Below, in pieces: positions 1-12,957 of a DNA stretch of 64,000 bases. Both the position numbers and the translations under genes were made by a program. Each line of letters begins with the position of its first letter. Positions within the stretch are counted from its first letter, which is position 1. Source of the DNA: Eledone cirrhosa (Eukaryota); assembly GCA_964016885.1 (NCBI GenBank), contig OZ024747.1:38626001-38690000 (forward strand), written 5' to 3'. The notes below the pieces were generated by a model. It saw only the letters and a program-made list of their open reading frames with translations. It did not search any database and was not told the DNA's origin.

Positions 1-317
1 GACCATACGGCCTTCGTTGCAAAGAGAGATTCTCGTCAGAAGGTACTTTTCATTCAAAGAATATAAAATTCCTGAATTTAAATCACAAACTAGCGCTATC
101 AAAGACTGTTCCTGGGATGAGAGTGGATGATGTAGAACAGGTTTATCAAGGGCCGTAGTAAAGATAGAGGCAAAAGGAGGTAGGTCAAACTAGCCACCGC
201 TGTTGACAGCAGCAGTCGGAATGACCCGGTTTGTTCTCAACGTTTGTGGAGGTTGTAGTAATATGAAATACGTCCCTGATTTAAATTCAGGAATTTTATA
301 TTCTTTGAATGAAAAGA

Positions 318-401
318 ACCTTCTGACGAGAATCTCTCTTTGCAACGAAGGCCGTATGGTCTCCGTTTTATTTTTGGGATTCGAAACCGATCGGTAAAGG
401 T
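318..401 (+). ncRNA. Type I hammerhead ribozyme with enlarged loop II
   Basis: acctt-CTGACGA-gaatct...ggattc-GAAA-ccgatcgg-TA-aaggt; palindromic stem III ACCGATCGGT, GUA site. Confidence 0.85.
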
Positions 402-800
402 AACTATAGTAGGTAAAGTCAATTTTTTAAAATTTATTTTGAAACTTTTTCATTATTTACTAAACCTTGTTTATATTTGTTCTGGCTCGTTAATTTATTA
501 ACCCGCCATTGAACCACACTGGCACTTGGTTGGACAATACATGCGTACCTTGGCGCCTTCTGCGTGAAGGGACGTATTTCATATTACTACTACCTCCACA
601 AACGTTGAGAACAAACCGGGTCATTCCGACTGCTGCTGACAACAGCGGTGGCTAGTTTGACCTACCCCCTTTTGCCTCTATCTTTACTACGGCCCTTGAT
701 AAACCTGTTCTACATCATCCACTCTCATCCCAGGAACAGTCTTTGATAGCGCTAGTTTGTGATTTAAATTCAGGAATTTTATATTCTTTGAATGAAAAGA

Positions 801-884
801 ACCTTCTGACGAGAATCTCTCTTTGCAACGAAGGCCGTATGGTCTCCGTTTTATTTTTGGGATTCGAAACCGATCGGTAAAGGT
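801..884 (+). ncRNA. Type I hammerhead ribozyme (second copy, family A)
   Basis: Same motif as 318-401. Confidence 0.85.
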
Positions 885-939
885 AACTATAGTAGGTAAA
901 GTCAATTTTTTTAAACTTTTTCATTATTTACTAAACCTT

Positions 940-1695
<756 letters not shown>

Positions 1696-2663
1696 TCATA
1701 TAATGTTAACGCACACCATTGATTTTATTGTTGGAAGTCTACAAAAATGTGTAAGGCATTATGTTGGCCCCCTTGTGTGTAATACTACATAGATACGAAG
1801 ATACGAAATATAATTTGTATTGAAGTTCATTTAAATAGAACTGTTGCATGCTCACCTAATTATTCTATATGGTTCAATATCTCTATGATATTTGAAATAG
1901 TGCATTCGTCACAAATGCCAATAGCTTTTGAAATAGAGAAATAATGTTCAACAGTTGATTTTCCATGATGAATGTCTTTGATGAAATTGGTAATATGAAA
2001 ATAAGATAAGTTTAATATGCCTTATAAATATTCAAGACATGATGAACGAAATCAAAAATATCAATTCAAGCAGGTTTACTCATGCTAATTTAAAATAAAT
2101 ATATAAAACTGAATATTGCGTTTTATTTTTTAGAAAATTCTTGAGAAATTATTGAAAAAATATAAATATTTTTTAGATTTTTTAAAAATTTCGCTTTATG
2201 TGAAAGCCATCAAATATTTTCTGTTGAAAATGTAAGGAATGATGTTGAAATCAATATATTCATTATATGTGTATATGTTTTTTTACTTAAAACGTGGTCT
2301 CGATCTAGAATTTCATGGTTTAGAATAATGTTAATCCATGAAACTTTCCGACAGATAGTATGTAACTCACAAAGTATGGGTATGGAATATAAATTTGTTC
2401 ATACCGTTTCGTTTTGCGATTTAACATATGGTGCGGTTGTCATTGACGGACGTATCTAAATGTTTGAATTAATTCTGTTAAAAAGTCGCGGAGCTGAATC
2501 ATTCATGCACGTCCACAGGATTCCCAATACTAACTGATGTTGTATAAGCAAACACCTACACACTTTAGTATATATCGTGAAAAAAGCATTATTCTATGTT
2601 TATTGAATACAAAATGCAATGCAACATCTATTTTATAAATAGAAATTATGCCTTATACATAAT

Positions 2664-2847
2664 TGTTTCTACTTTAGGCACAAGGCCAGCAATTACCCAG
2701 TGCATTACTGGTACTTTATTTTATCGACCCCGTAAGGATGAAAGGCAAAGTCAACCTCGGCGGGATTTGAACTCAGATTGTAAAGGGACGTAACTATGCT
2801 GTAAAGCATGGCGTCCGACCCTCTACCGATACTGCCAATCCACCGCC
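2664..2847 (-). mobile_element. tRNA-derived SINE (Octopus-type) with 13-bp target site duplication
   Basis: Minus strand has an A-box-like TGGCAGTATCGG and B-box GAGTTCAAATCCC, then gactttgcctttcatcc..ggggtcgataaaat..agtaccagt; ccttatacataat repeated at 2651-2663 and 2847-2859. Confidence 0.85.
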
Positions 2848-3009
2848 CTTATACATAATAGTAATGGAACTACAACAGTATTATTCATTAAAGACTTCTG
2901 ATAAGACATAATGTGACATCAGAGAAACTGAGAATAACTAACGGCTGGTATATATTGAAATTAAGAAAATATATGAGGATTGCTTAAATGATATTTTGTG
3001 CCACGTATA

Positions 3010-3200
3010 GTTTCTACGTTTAGCATAAGGCTAGGAATACAAAAAGAAAAAAAAACTCAGCCCGTGTGCGTCACAGTTGTTTTATTTCATCAACCCGTCA
3101 GGAAGAAAGCAAAAGCTAACTTCAAAAGTATTTCAACTCAGGACGTGGCTATAGATCGCAATATCTGTTCGAGGCGTTAACCGGTACGGCCAATCCACGG
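3010..3200 (-). mobile_element. Degenerate copy of the same SINE
   Basis: Colinear similarity to 2664-2847. Confidence 0.6.
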
Positions 3201-3222
3201 TGGTTTAAAATATTGATAAAAT

Positions 3223-3411
3223 AATTGTTTCTACGTTTGGCACAAGGCCAGCAATTAACCAGTATATTACTGGTACTTTATTTTATCGCCCCCGTAAGGA
3301 TGAAAGGCAAAGTTAACCTCGGCGGAATTTGGACTCAGACCATAAAGGGCCGTAACTCTTAGCTACAAAGCATGGCGTCCGACCCGCTACCAATACTGCC
3401 AATCCACCGCC
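3223..3411 (-). mobile_element. tRNA-derived SINE copy
   Basis: High similarity to 2664-2847; atattgataa on both flanks. Confidence 0.85.
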
Positions 3412-4637
3412 ATATTGATAATAATAATAATAAACGAAGCCCAATTGCTGCTCGGTGGTTCAGTCAGCACGCTGGCGTATTGTTTCTAACGAGCTTATTT
3501 CACTTGGCCAAATTCCAACTGTTGGTAAAAAAACTGTTGTGCAATCATAATGTCATTGTTGTTGATGTCAATCTTATTGTAGCTGCCACTGTCGTAGTTA
3601 TTGTGGCTGTTGTTGTTTTTGTTGCTGCTTCCCTTGTTGCTCTTGTTGCTCTTGTTATTGATGTTGCTGTCTTTACATTTTAGTTTTATTCATGTGTGGT
3701 TTTTGTGTTATGGTAGGAGTTGTTTTTTTTATATCACAGGAGGTATTTTTGGTACAATTAAAAATTCTTGTTTGCCTTGATGTTGGTGAAGTTGTTGTTC
3801 TTGTTATCATAGGGGTTATTTTGGGAACAATTAATAATTACTGGTTGTTTTGTTGTTTATGTTTCTTTAATTTTACACAATAAAATAATTCTGTTAATTG
3901 CTCACAAAATGTATTACTGTCATATCACAACAACAATAACAACACACAAAATATGAAGCATCTGCAAAAAAAAAAAATAATCCTTAATTGCAACAAAAAT
4001 ATCTCCTACACAACAAAACCATAAACATGAAAAATAAGACACAAATTGAACAGCATGACAAACATAAAACTAATTATTATAATTGATAAAATAAGTCCCA
4101 CCCCATACACCATGACAAACCAGAACAATAACAATTCTTCGCAGCAATAATTTTACAAACAAGCTTGATGCGTCAATCGTCACAGAATGAAAAGATTCTT
4201 CTTTGCTTGTGTACATCAATCTGACACTCGGATGCTGGCACGTCAATACCTAAATCAATGTGAATTATTTGAGTTGTTCAACTTATTATATGATTCAAAA
4301 CTAGTAAAGTTATAATAAAGAAACGTAGTATGAAATCTAATAACGACTGGTTGAATAAAACTTTTTAATATGTTTTCAGATAAAATCACATCACTGGTTT
4401 TCAAAGGCGTGTTGTAAATTCTCGTCTTATTGATAGCATTACATTATTGTGTTAAAGAATTATAATTAACAACAGCGTGTATGAAAAGATGAATAAAGAA
4501 ATTCTGTTCTTAATTTTGATTAGTTAATTTGCCATTTTAATTATGTTAGTTTTCAGTTGACGAATCAACTCCAAAATATATAGTATGTTAGGCTGCTATA
4601 TCCTATAAAAAGTTTACACACTGATATGAAATGTTCT

Positions 4638-4680
<43 letters not shown>

Positions 4681-4855
4681 TTTCAGATTATTTTATTTTT
4701 CCTTATTTTTTCTTATTCTTCCTTACTCTGACTAATATCCCTATTATGTATCATCTCCATTCTCACTATTATCCTATGATCCTGTACCATATATATATTG
4801 TTCTTATGATGTAGGTCGGTAGAGCTTATATTCATTATTGTATTTTTGTTTTCAA

Positions 4856-4902
4856 CGCTCTGATGAGTCATGCCCCATGGTATGGATGAAACACTGTCAG
4901 CG
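4856..4902 (+). ncRNA. Minimal type I hammerhead ribozyme followed by AATAAA
   Basis: cgct-CTGATGA-gtcatgcc..ggtatggat-GAAA-cactg-TC-agcg-aataaa. Confidence 0.8.
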
Positions 4903-5619
4903 AATAAAAAGTTATTGATTTTAAAAGCGCTCTTTGTTTTCTCTTAATATATATATATATGGATATATATAACGTTAAAAATCGAAGGTAAAGATTCCCA
5001 TTAATCCCCTACAATTTAATGAGCTCAAAGGATAGATTGTGGGCTTTTTTTTATAAATTAGCATATAGTGAGAGATACACTTGGAGATATGTGTTTAATC
5101 ATAGGGGATCATAAACCACTAGAGCGATGAACATATTGACTACGAAAAGAAAGGTGAATACAAATCAGTTAAAAGAATAGACTAAAGTGTACTAGCCATC
5201 CAATAATAATTATAACACACAGACATGCTCAAATTAGAGTATGTTTCGCTATAAAATTGAAGAATACATATTGTAGATGACTCATTAGCAGAAGTCTAAC
5301 AATACGATCCACACATCTAAAAATATATAAGGAAAAACGCATGGTATATAAAAAAGACATGTGCGCTTTATAGCCCACGATGGTGTGAATAGATCAAAAG
5401 ACCGCTAAAATCAGCAGTTCAGAACCATTCAACTTAAGAAATTCTACTTACATATAACAATGAATTAGGAGTTTATAGATCAAATTAAAAAACGGAGTTA
5501 AAGACTCATATTAATCCCCTATAATTTAATGAGCTCAACCGATAGAATCCGGGTTCTTTATGAATCAGCATATAGAGAGAACTACACATGGAGATATGTG
5601 TACCTCTCTCTGTATGCTG

Positions 5620-5666
<47 letters not shown>

Positions 5667-5919
5667 ATAATAATAAATTTGAAGACTAAAATCCAAAGAG
5701 GGCTCGATAAGGATAAATATATATCAAATATATAAGGACCGTAACCAAAGTATCGTCTTCCTATCTTCCTTCGGTTGCAACGTTTTTTGAAATATTTATT
5801 TCTGTGTTCACAGATTGATATTTTTAGTTTCAGAAGATCCCGTTAAGGGTAAAAGCAGTGATTATTTGCTTAATTTTTCATCTGTTATTTTAATAAATAT
5901 ATATATATATATATATATG

Positions 5920-6640
5920 GGCCCAGAGCAGATCCGTAACATAGTACAACGCCCTGTACTCAATACACGTTGCTACCAATGTACCAGGAACATTCTTCAG
6001 GGCCCTTGACCAATCCTTTTCACTCACACACAAATACCCAAGCTCTTTAACAGACACACAGTAAAATTCTCATTCTCGACAACACTCAATCTAGCCGTCA
6101 CCATAGCACACACTAAAAGGACCAAAATACGCAAACATATGCAAGCACCCCAAGCAATCACTAGCAACAGTCCAAAACAACACCGCACAGATAACATATA
6201 ACAACGCTCAACAAGATGCTGAATCCAACCAAAATCTGACCAGCCAGCAACATAACAACAATGCAATAGTCCCCAGATGCAAATGCAAAAAGCCCGAGTA
6301 ATACCCATTGAGCGGGGAGTGCCGCCAAAAATGAATACACCTATATAGGCGCAACCTCGACAACCTTTTTAAGAGAGTCTTTACAACCACGTAAGCTCCT
6401 TCAACCACATACCTAAACGCTCCCAAACCATACTGGCAGATTTGATCTGGGACCTCAAGGATAAGAACCTGAAATACCAGATCAAATGTTCCATTAGGAG
6501 ATGCGTGGCCCAACTTCCCACCGGGGAGGATCACTGCAGGTTGTGCCTGGCCGAATTAAATTAAAATGTGCCACAAATTTGAGATCGAAAATTCTAATAA
6601 ACTACAGACACACCAGGAAAAATACATTCTCCACATTGAT
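5920..6640 (+). pseudogene. Decayed Naiad-like PLE fragment (RT C-terminus/linker/GIY-YIG)
   Basis: Manual translation gives KLFNRHTVKFSFSTT, RCKCKKPE*YPLSGEC and HCRLCLAE, matching the ORF at 44503-45465. Confidence 0.65.
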
Positions 6641-8276
6641 ATTCGGGCAGGAGCCACGGATAAACAATAACAACACAAACACAACATCGGAATAACTACC
6701 ACGATGGTTTCATATCTCATTTCATTAACTTTTTACCCTTGTTAATTTTTATCTTTACTCCTGTAAATGTTAGGCTGCATCCTTTATCATATCCCCCACC
6801 ACTAAACATATCACCATGTATCCACCACCCTCAACCACACCAACACATATCACATACCCTTGAGGCATACACAAACCATCAACACTATACTCTTCACCAC
6901 AATGGATTTTATCACCTCATTTTGTATCACTAATTGCACCACCGTTATTTAACATCACTTGTATTCCCTAGCACACTTTCACCCTTCTCATATTTTTTCT
7001 ACCACCATTTAACCCCACACGATATCCTCTTCATGCAATACCAAAGCACGTACATGTAGACCTGTTTCGTGTCTGCACACATGTGTGTATATATATATAT
7101 ATATACATGTACATATACATACATGTACATATACATATATACATATATGAATATATATATATATATATATATATATTCATATATGTATATATGTATATGT
7201 ACATGTATGTGGATACCCGAGTGTATATGTATATATGTGCATATGTGTTTTCCTGCACCGCTGCATAGCCATTTTGTAGTATGGAACCCGGGATATGACC
7301 ACGCATATCTCGTTAGCGTCTACACATGCAGTGATGCAGACCTATGTACGATACGTGCATGGGACGCTGTGTCTGAAAATACCTATAATTCGCATGATGT
7401 GTACGTGAGCCTGTGGTGCCAGTGCGGGAGTGCAGGATGACCAGTATGGAAGCTTCATATCCTGCCACGAGCAGACACATATAGTAATGTATACCCGTCT
7501 GGCTCCGTGTACCTTCCGTGTGTGCCTCTGTGGGGTGATACATGGCTGTATATATGTTTACATTGACGCATGTGTGGATGTGCATACATGTGCGTATGTC
7601 CCTGGGTGCGTATGTACACATGTTTATACATTTAGTTTCCTTTTTTATTTCCTTTAACACAATATACCCTGAACATACCATAATTCCTCATTTACACATA
7701 TTTTCATACACTAATCTCATACCATCTCATCACCTCATTAATTGTTTATAGCACAAATCCCCTTTAACGATGGCTAAACAGTATAATCTATGTCCACCCA
7801 CTATACCGTTACAAACTGATGACTAGCAGAAACACTCTACCCTTAGTTCAACCCCACATTCTTTCATGTGCTATCAGGCTCAGCCCTACTGCTTCCAGAC
7901 CACACACAGCATCTCCGACTCACCACGTACATGCCGACATATCTAAGGCAAGCCAAAATACCACACCCCCCAACTCACATCAACCACCGCTCCCCCAGCA
8001 CTACCTCCTCACTATGATCACCCCATCACCTATCTCACATGCCAAAACATTCCTCATAGCTAAGACACTAATCAACATAAATAGACCAATATATGAACGT
8101 GAAACATTACACATGTCTATGCTATACTAGCAAAATGGCCCAGCGCTGCTCGGGATTTACTCTAGGGTTCTTATATAGTTGATATATATTTACCTTTATC
8201 GAACCTCGTGAAATAAATACGTTTGTTTATATCTTGTTATTGTGTATGCAAAAATATCTCTAGACCAATATATAGT

Positions 8277-8342
<66 letters not shown>

Positions 8343-8518
8343 GATAGATAGATAGATAGATAAATATACACGGGTGTGTATGATTGTGTATAGAAGATTA
8401 TATTAATAAGAGGAATTCCAACTTTGTCTGATTTACTCGTTTTATTTACAATCCTTTAAAATTTATAATGTTATTATAATGAAAGAGTATGATAGAATAT
8501 TAAATTCTAAGTGTTAAT

Positions 8519-8557
8519 TGAACAAGTACTTTCATGCGTTCGCAATCTTCAGGTTCA
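8519..8557 (-). ncRNA. Minimal hammerhead ribozyme in inverted pLTR
   Basis: tgaac-CTGAAGA-ttgcgaacgcat-GAAA-gtac-TT-gttca. Confidence 0.75.
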
Positions 8558-9438
8558 TAATATGTGGTGACAGTCAAGTTTGCAATTTTCAACTGTAATA
8601 AGATGGGTAAATGTTCTACCTTTTATACATTTTATACAGGGAAAAGTGGCTCCAGAATCCTAAGTCTTGCAAACTGTATTTCGACCAATCAGTGTGTAGT
8701 TTCACTGAATTACTAGAGCTGATTGGTTTAAGCGTCACGACTGGTTGAGCATGTCTAACGACCAATAATTAATCATATCCAAATCATCAATTGTTTTGCT
8801 ATTTTTAGAAATGAAAAAATAGCATTTTCTATTAATCATCACCATCAACATCACTTTTATTATTATTATTATTGTTGTTGTTGGTGTTGTTGCTGTTGTA
8901 AGTGGTCGTAGTCATAGTGATAGTAGAAGTAATACACCTAAGCGTTATTATTGTTAATTTAGCTTGGGTTTGAATTTATCATGAGAAGTAGTAAAACCAG
9001 GAGATCATTCTCAAGATCTCAACAGAGACTACCAACAAGGAATGTGGAAACAAAACGTAGAATAACCAGATCACTCTCAAGATCTCAACAGAGATTGCCC
9101 ACAAGAAACTGGACGAAAAAACGATCTAAACCTGAAAGCAAACCAAGGTCATTTCCCCAGATTGTTAAAAATAATGCTAACAGGAAGAAAAATAATATAC
9201 AGAATACCAAAAATAGGACAAAATACATAACGAAACCAAATATAATATCATGACCAAAAGTTCATCAAGCGAACACCAACAGGAATATAAATCCTGAACA
9301 GAGAAAAATCCATTTTTTAACGTCAGGACAACAAAAACCGGAAAAAGAAAAACTCCAGGAGGAAACATACCCAAAACAACTGTACACGTAGATCCTAAAA
9401 TAATTAATTTATCTAAAAGAGATCTTGACAATGATGAA

Positions 9439-11625
9439 ATGCAAATTCTGTCAAGAGGACTGAAATTCACACCGACTCCAACAGTCAACCACCAAGAACT
9501 GAAGGAGGATACCCAAGAATTCTGTCGAAAATTACGTCTTGTAGAATTATTCGCTGATAAAAGTAATGAGAGTGATGAATCACTAGTAAAGAATAAATCA
9601 AATTTCACTCCGCCAAAAGGAAGAAATATCTTACTCGGCCAATACATTGACATCCTGTCTAAATTTCCCCTTAGACATAATACTAATGTTAGGCCAAACA
9701 TTAACAAATCAGAAATGTCTGCACTTAAACGTATACAAAATGATAAAACAATAATAATTAAACAAGCAGATAAAGGGGGTGCAGTTGTTATAATTGATAC
9801 TGAATACTACAAGGATTTGGTTGAGGAACAACTGAAAGACACAACATTCAATCATGAAATACCGTCAAATATAGACCACAACATCATGAAGAAGATCAAC
9901 AACCTGGCTTCAAAATACCACAACTCACTTACTGATAAGGAAAGAGACTACATCACCAATTTTGAGCCGAAACCCAGCAACCTGTATGGCCTACCGAAAG
10001 TTCATAAGTCAAAAGAAATACAACTGGCAGTAAGAGAACAAAACGGTGAGTACATTAAATTATTACACCCAAAAGACTTAAAACTTAGACCTATTATAGC
10101 TGGTCCAACATGCCCCACCCACCGTCTAAGCAATTTTGTTGACATTATTTTGAGACCACTATGTATTCACATACCCAGTTTCATCCGGGATGATATCGAC
10201 TTCCTGTCCCATCTTCCCAAAACCACTGAAACGAATTCACTTCTACTCAGTTTTGATTTTTTAAGCCTTTACACCAACATTACACATGATTTGGGAATAA
10301 AGGCGGTTAAATACTGGGTGGAAAAACATAGAGAAGTGATTCCCATCAGATTCACAGCGCCATTTATATTAGACGCAGTTAAACTTATTCTGGAAAACAA
10401 CACTTTCTTCTTCAATGGAAAGAATTACATCCAAATTAGAGGCACAGCGATGGGAACGAAGTTTGCTCCCGTTTACGCGAACTCTGTAATGGGATACTTA
10501 GAACAACAACTCTACCAAGAAAGAGAGGAAAAATATAGTACTGACTTTAGAAAGTACATTGACAAATCTTGGAAGAGATACCTTGATGACTGTTTCATCA
10601 TCTGGACAGAATCTCTAGATACTCTGGATGAGTTCAATATCCTCCTGAATAACCTACACCCATCTCTCCAATTCACAAAAGAGATGAATAGGACCAAATT
10701 ACCATTCCTAGATATAATGATAATCAAAAACGACACCACCATTACCACGGATATATATTATAAACACACAGACACCCATCAATATCTGAATTTTAAGTCG
10801 TGCCATCCACCTCATACAAAACGCAACATCCCATACTGCCTAGCCAGAAGAATTTGTACCATTGTAGAAGATACGAATACCAGGTACAAACGCCTAACAG
10901 AACTAAGAGAATTTTTGAACAAAGGAAAATACCCATCTCTACTTATAGAAAATGGCATACAGCGGGCTATAAGAATACCTATACAACAACTTAGGACAAA
11001 CCAAGGAAGAAGAAACCAAGAACTGGTCATACAATTTATAATGACACACAACCTATGTCACCAGAATATCTTCAACACTGCCAAAGCAAACCTACCAATC
11101 ACTGCTCAAAGTAATGAATTAAAAGGTTTAATCACAGATCGATCATTGACTCTTAGTAAAAGACAGCCCAAACTTTTGAAGCAATTACTAACAAAAGCAA
11201 AGTTTGACCTTAACAACAAAGACCAATCATTCACTGTATCTAAATGCAATGATAGTCGATGCGGCACATGTCAATCCATACACGCTGGTCAATATATGAA
11301 AACAAAAACTGGAAAAATATTCCCAAATGCAAATATGAACTGCAAAAGCAGAAATCTAATTTACTGCATTAAATGCCCGAATTGTGAAGAACTATATGTC
11401 GGTCAAACTGGAAATGCACTATCGGAACGTGCACGGATACACCGTCAACAAATCAGAGACCCAAATGTCCGTCAGATACCCCTAAGTAACCATCTAGCAA
11501 CATGTGGTCAGGGAATATTTATAATATTCCCATTCTACAAATTACACAGCCCAAGTGAAATCAAGAGAAAAATCAAAGAAAATAATTTTATTGATAAATT
11601 CAAACCCAAGCTAAATGAACAATAA
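9439..11625 (+). CDS. PLE polyprotein: reverse transcriptase + Cys linker + GIY-YIG endonuclease (728 aa, uninterrupted)
   Basis: LSRGLKFTPTP, ADKGG, LYGLPKVHK, RPII, GTAMG, RYLDD, LPFLD, CNDSRCGTC, NLIYCIKCPNC..YVGQT. Confidence 0.93.
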   Translation: MQILSRGLKFTPTPTVNHQELKEDTQEFCRKLRLVELFADKSNESDESLVKNKSNFTPPKGRNILLGQYIDILSKFPLRHNTNVRPNINKSEMSALKRIQNDKTIIIKQADKGGAVVIIDTEYYKDLVEEQLKDTTFNHEIPSNIDHNIMKKINNLASKYHNSLTDKERDYITNFEPKPSNLYGLPKVHKSKEIQLAVREQNGEYIKLLHPKDLKLRPIIAGPTCPTHRLSNFVDIILRPLCIHIPSFIRDDIDFLSHLPKTTETNSLLLSFDFLSLYTNITHDLGIKAVKYWVEKHREVIPIRFTAPFILDAVKLILENNTFFFNGKNYIQIRGTAMGTKFAPVYANSVMGYLEQQLYQEREEKYSTDFRKYIDKSWKRYLDDCFIIWTESLDTLDEFNILLNNLHPSLQFTKEMNRTKLPFLDIMIIKNDTTITTDIYYKHTDTHQYLNFKSCHPPHTKRNIPYCLARRICTIVEDTNTRYKRLTELREFLNKGKYPSLLIENGIQRAIRIPIQQLRTNQGRRNQELVIQFIMTHNLCHQNIFNTAKANLPITAQSNELKGLITDRSLTLSKRQPKLLKQLLTKAKFDLNNKDQSFTVSKCNDSRCGTCQSIHAGQYMKTKTGKIFPNANMNCKSRNLIYCIKCPNCEELYVGQTGNALSERARIHRQQIRDPNVRQIPLSNHLATCGQGIFIIFPFYKLHSPSEIKRKIKENNFIDKFKPKLNEQ

Positions 11626-12016
11626 TAACGCTTAGGGGTATTACGTCTATTATCACTATGACTACGACGACTAACAACAACAACAACAACAACAACAACA
11701 ATAATAATAATAATAAAAGTGATGTTGATGCTGATGATTAATAGAAAATGTTATTTTCATCATTTCTAAAAATAGCAAAACAATTGATGCTTTGGATATA
11801 ATTAATTATTGGTCGTTAGACATGCTCAACCAGCCGTGACGCTTAAACCAATCGGCTCTAGTAATTCAGTGAAACTACACACTGATTGGTCGAAATACAG
11901 TTTGCAAGACTTAGGATTCTGGAGCCACTTTTCGCTGTATAAAATGTATAAAAGGTAGTAAATTTACCCATCTTATTACCGTTGAAAATTGCAAACTTGA
12001 CTGTCACCACATATTA

Positions 12017-12055
12017 TGTACCTGAAGATTGCGAAAGCATGAAAGTACTTGTTCA
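12017..12055 (+). ncRNA. Minimal hammerhead ribozyme in 3' pLTR
   Basis: tgtac-CTGAAGA-ttgcgaaagcat-GAAA-gtac-TT-gttca. Confidence 0.7.
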
Positions 12056-12161
12056 ATTAACAATTAGAATTTCTGTCATACTATTTCATTATAATACCAT
12101 TATAAATTTTAAAGGATTGTAAATAAAACGAGTAAATCAGACAAAGTTGGAATTCCTCTTA

Positions 12162-12302
<141 letters not shown>

Positions 12303-12318
12303 TAAAATAACAGATTAA

Positions 12319-12369
12319 AGGTTAAGCAAACAATCGCTGCTTTCACACTTAACGGGATCTTCAGAAACT
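12319..12369 (-). ncRNA. Hammerhead motif of a separate terminal-repeat family (related copies near 5826 and at 55403-55453 have CAGAAGA)
   Basis: agttt-CTGAAGA-tcccgttaagtgt-GAAA-gca...tgc-TT-aacct. Confidence 0.55.
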
Positions 12370-12832
12370 AAAATAATCAATCTGTGAACGCAGAAGTAAA
12401 TATTTCGAAAAATGTTACACACTATATATATACACACACTATATATATATATATACATATATATACACACACTATATATATATATACATATATATACACA
12501 CACTATATATATATATATACATATATATACACGCACATAGCGTCATAATATCGTAATGCAGACATCAGAGATACAGACAGACAAACAGACAGACATTCTC
12601 TGTTTTAGATATATAGATATGTTCATTCTATCATTACAACAACAGAGGTACAACGAGCTTTTGATTCCAGAGTCGGGCCGATATATATATATATATATAT
12701 GAGATGTGAGGAAATATGATTGGAACGCCGTGACCAAAACTTCAGAATTAAAATAGAAATAATAAAACGCGACTACATAACATAATATAATAATGAGGTG
12801 GTTAATCCCACTGAACAGAAAAAGACGATAGA

Positions 12833-12887
12833 GTATAGTATAGTATAGTATAGTATAGTATAGTATAGTATAGTATAGTATAGTATA

Positions 12888-12890
<3 letters not shown>
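12833..12890. repeat. (TAGTA)n microsatellite
   Basis: Direct inspection. Confidence 0.95.

Positions 12891-12952
<62 letters not shown>

Positions 12953-12957
<5 letters not shown>

Larger units (their letters stand above)
1..944. mobile_element. Retrozyme-like family A: non-coding tandem repeat (483 bp period) with one hammerhead per unit; inverted arm 1-276 (-, runs off window) joined to 277-944 (+), ending in (TA)n
   Basis: HHR motifs at 318 and 801 are 483 bp apart; 1-276 is the reverse complement of about 568-843; no credible ORF. Confidence 0.75.

Noticed and set aside
3372-3883. Hydrophobic membrane-protein-like ORFs
   Set aside because: Low-complexity GTT-rich sequence, apparently one arm of an old degenerate inverted repeat (about 3520-4165)
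8055-8125. GAAAcat..atgTC-tatg hammerhead-like half
   Set aside because: 5' core reads gctaaga; too degenerate to call
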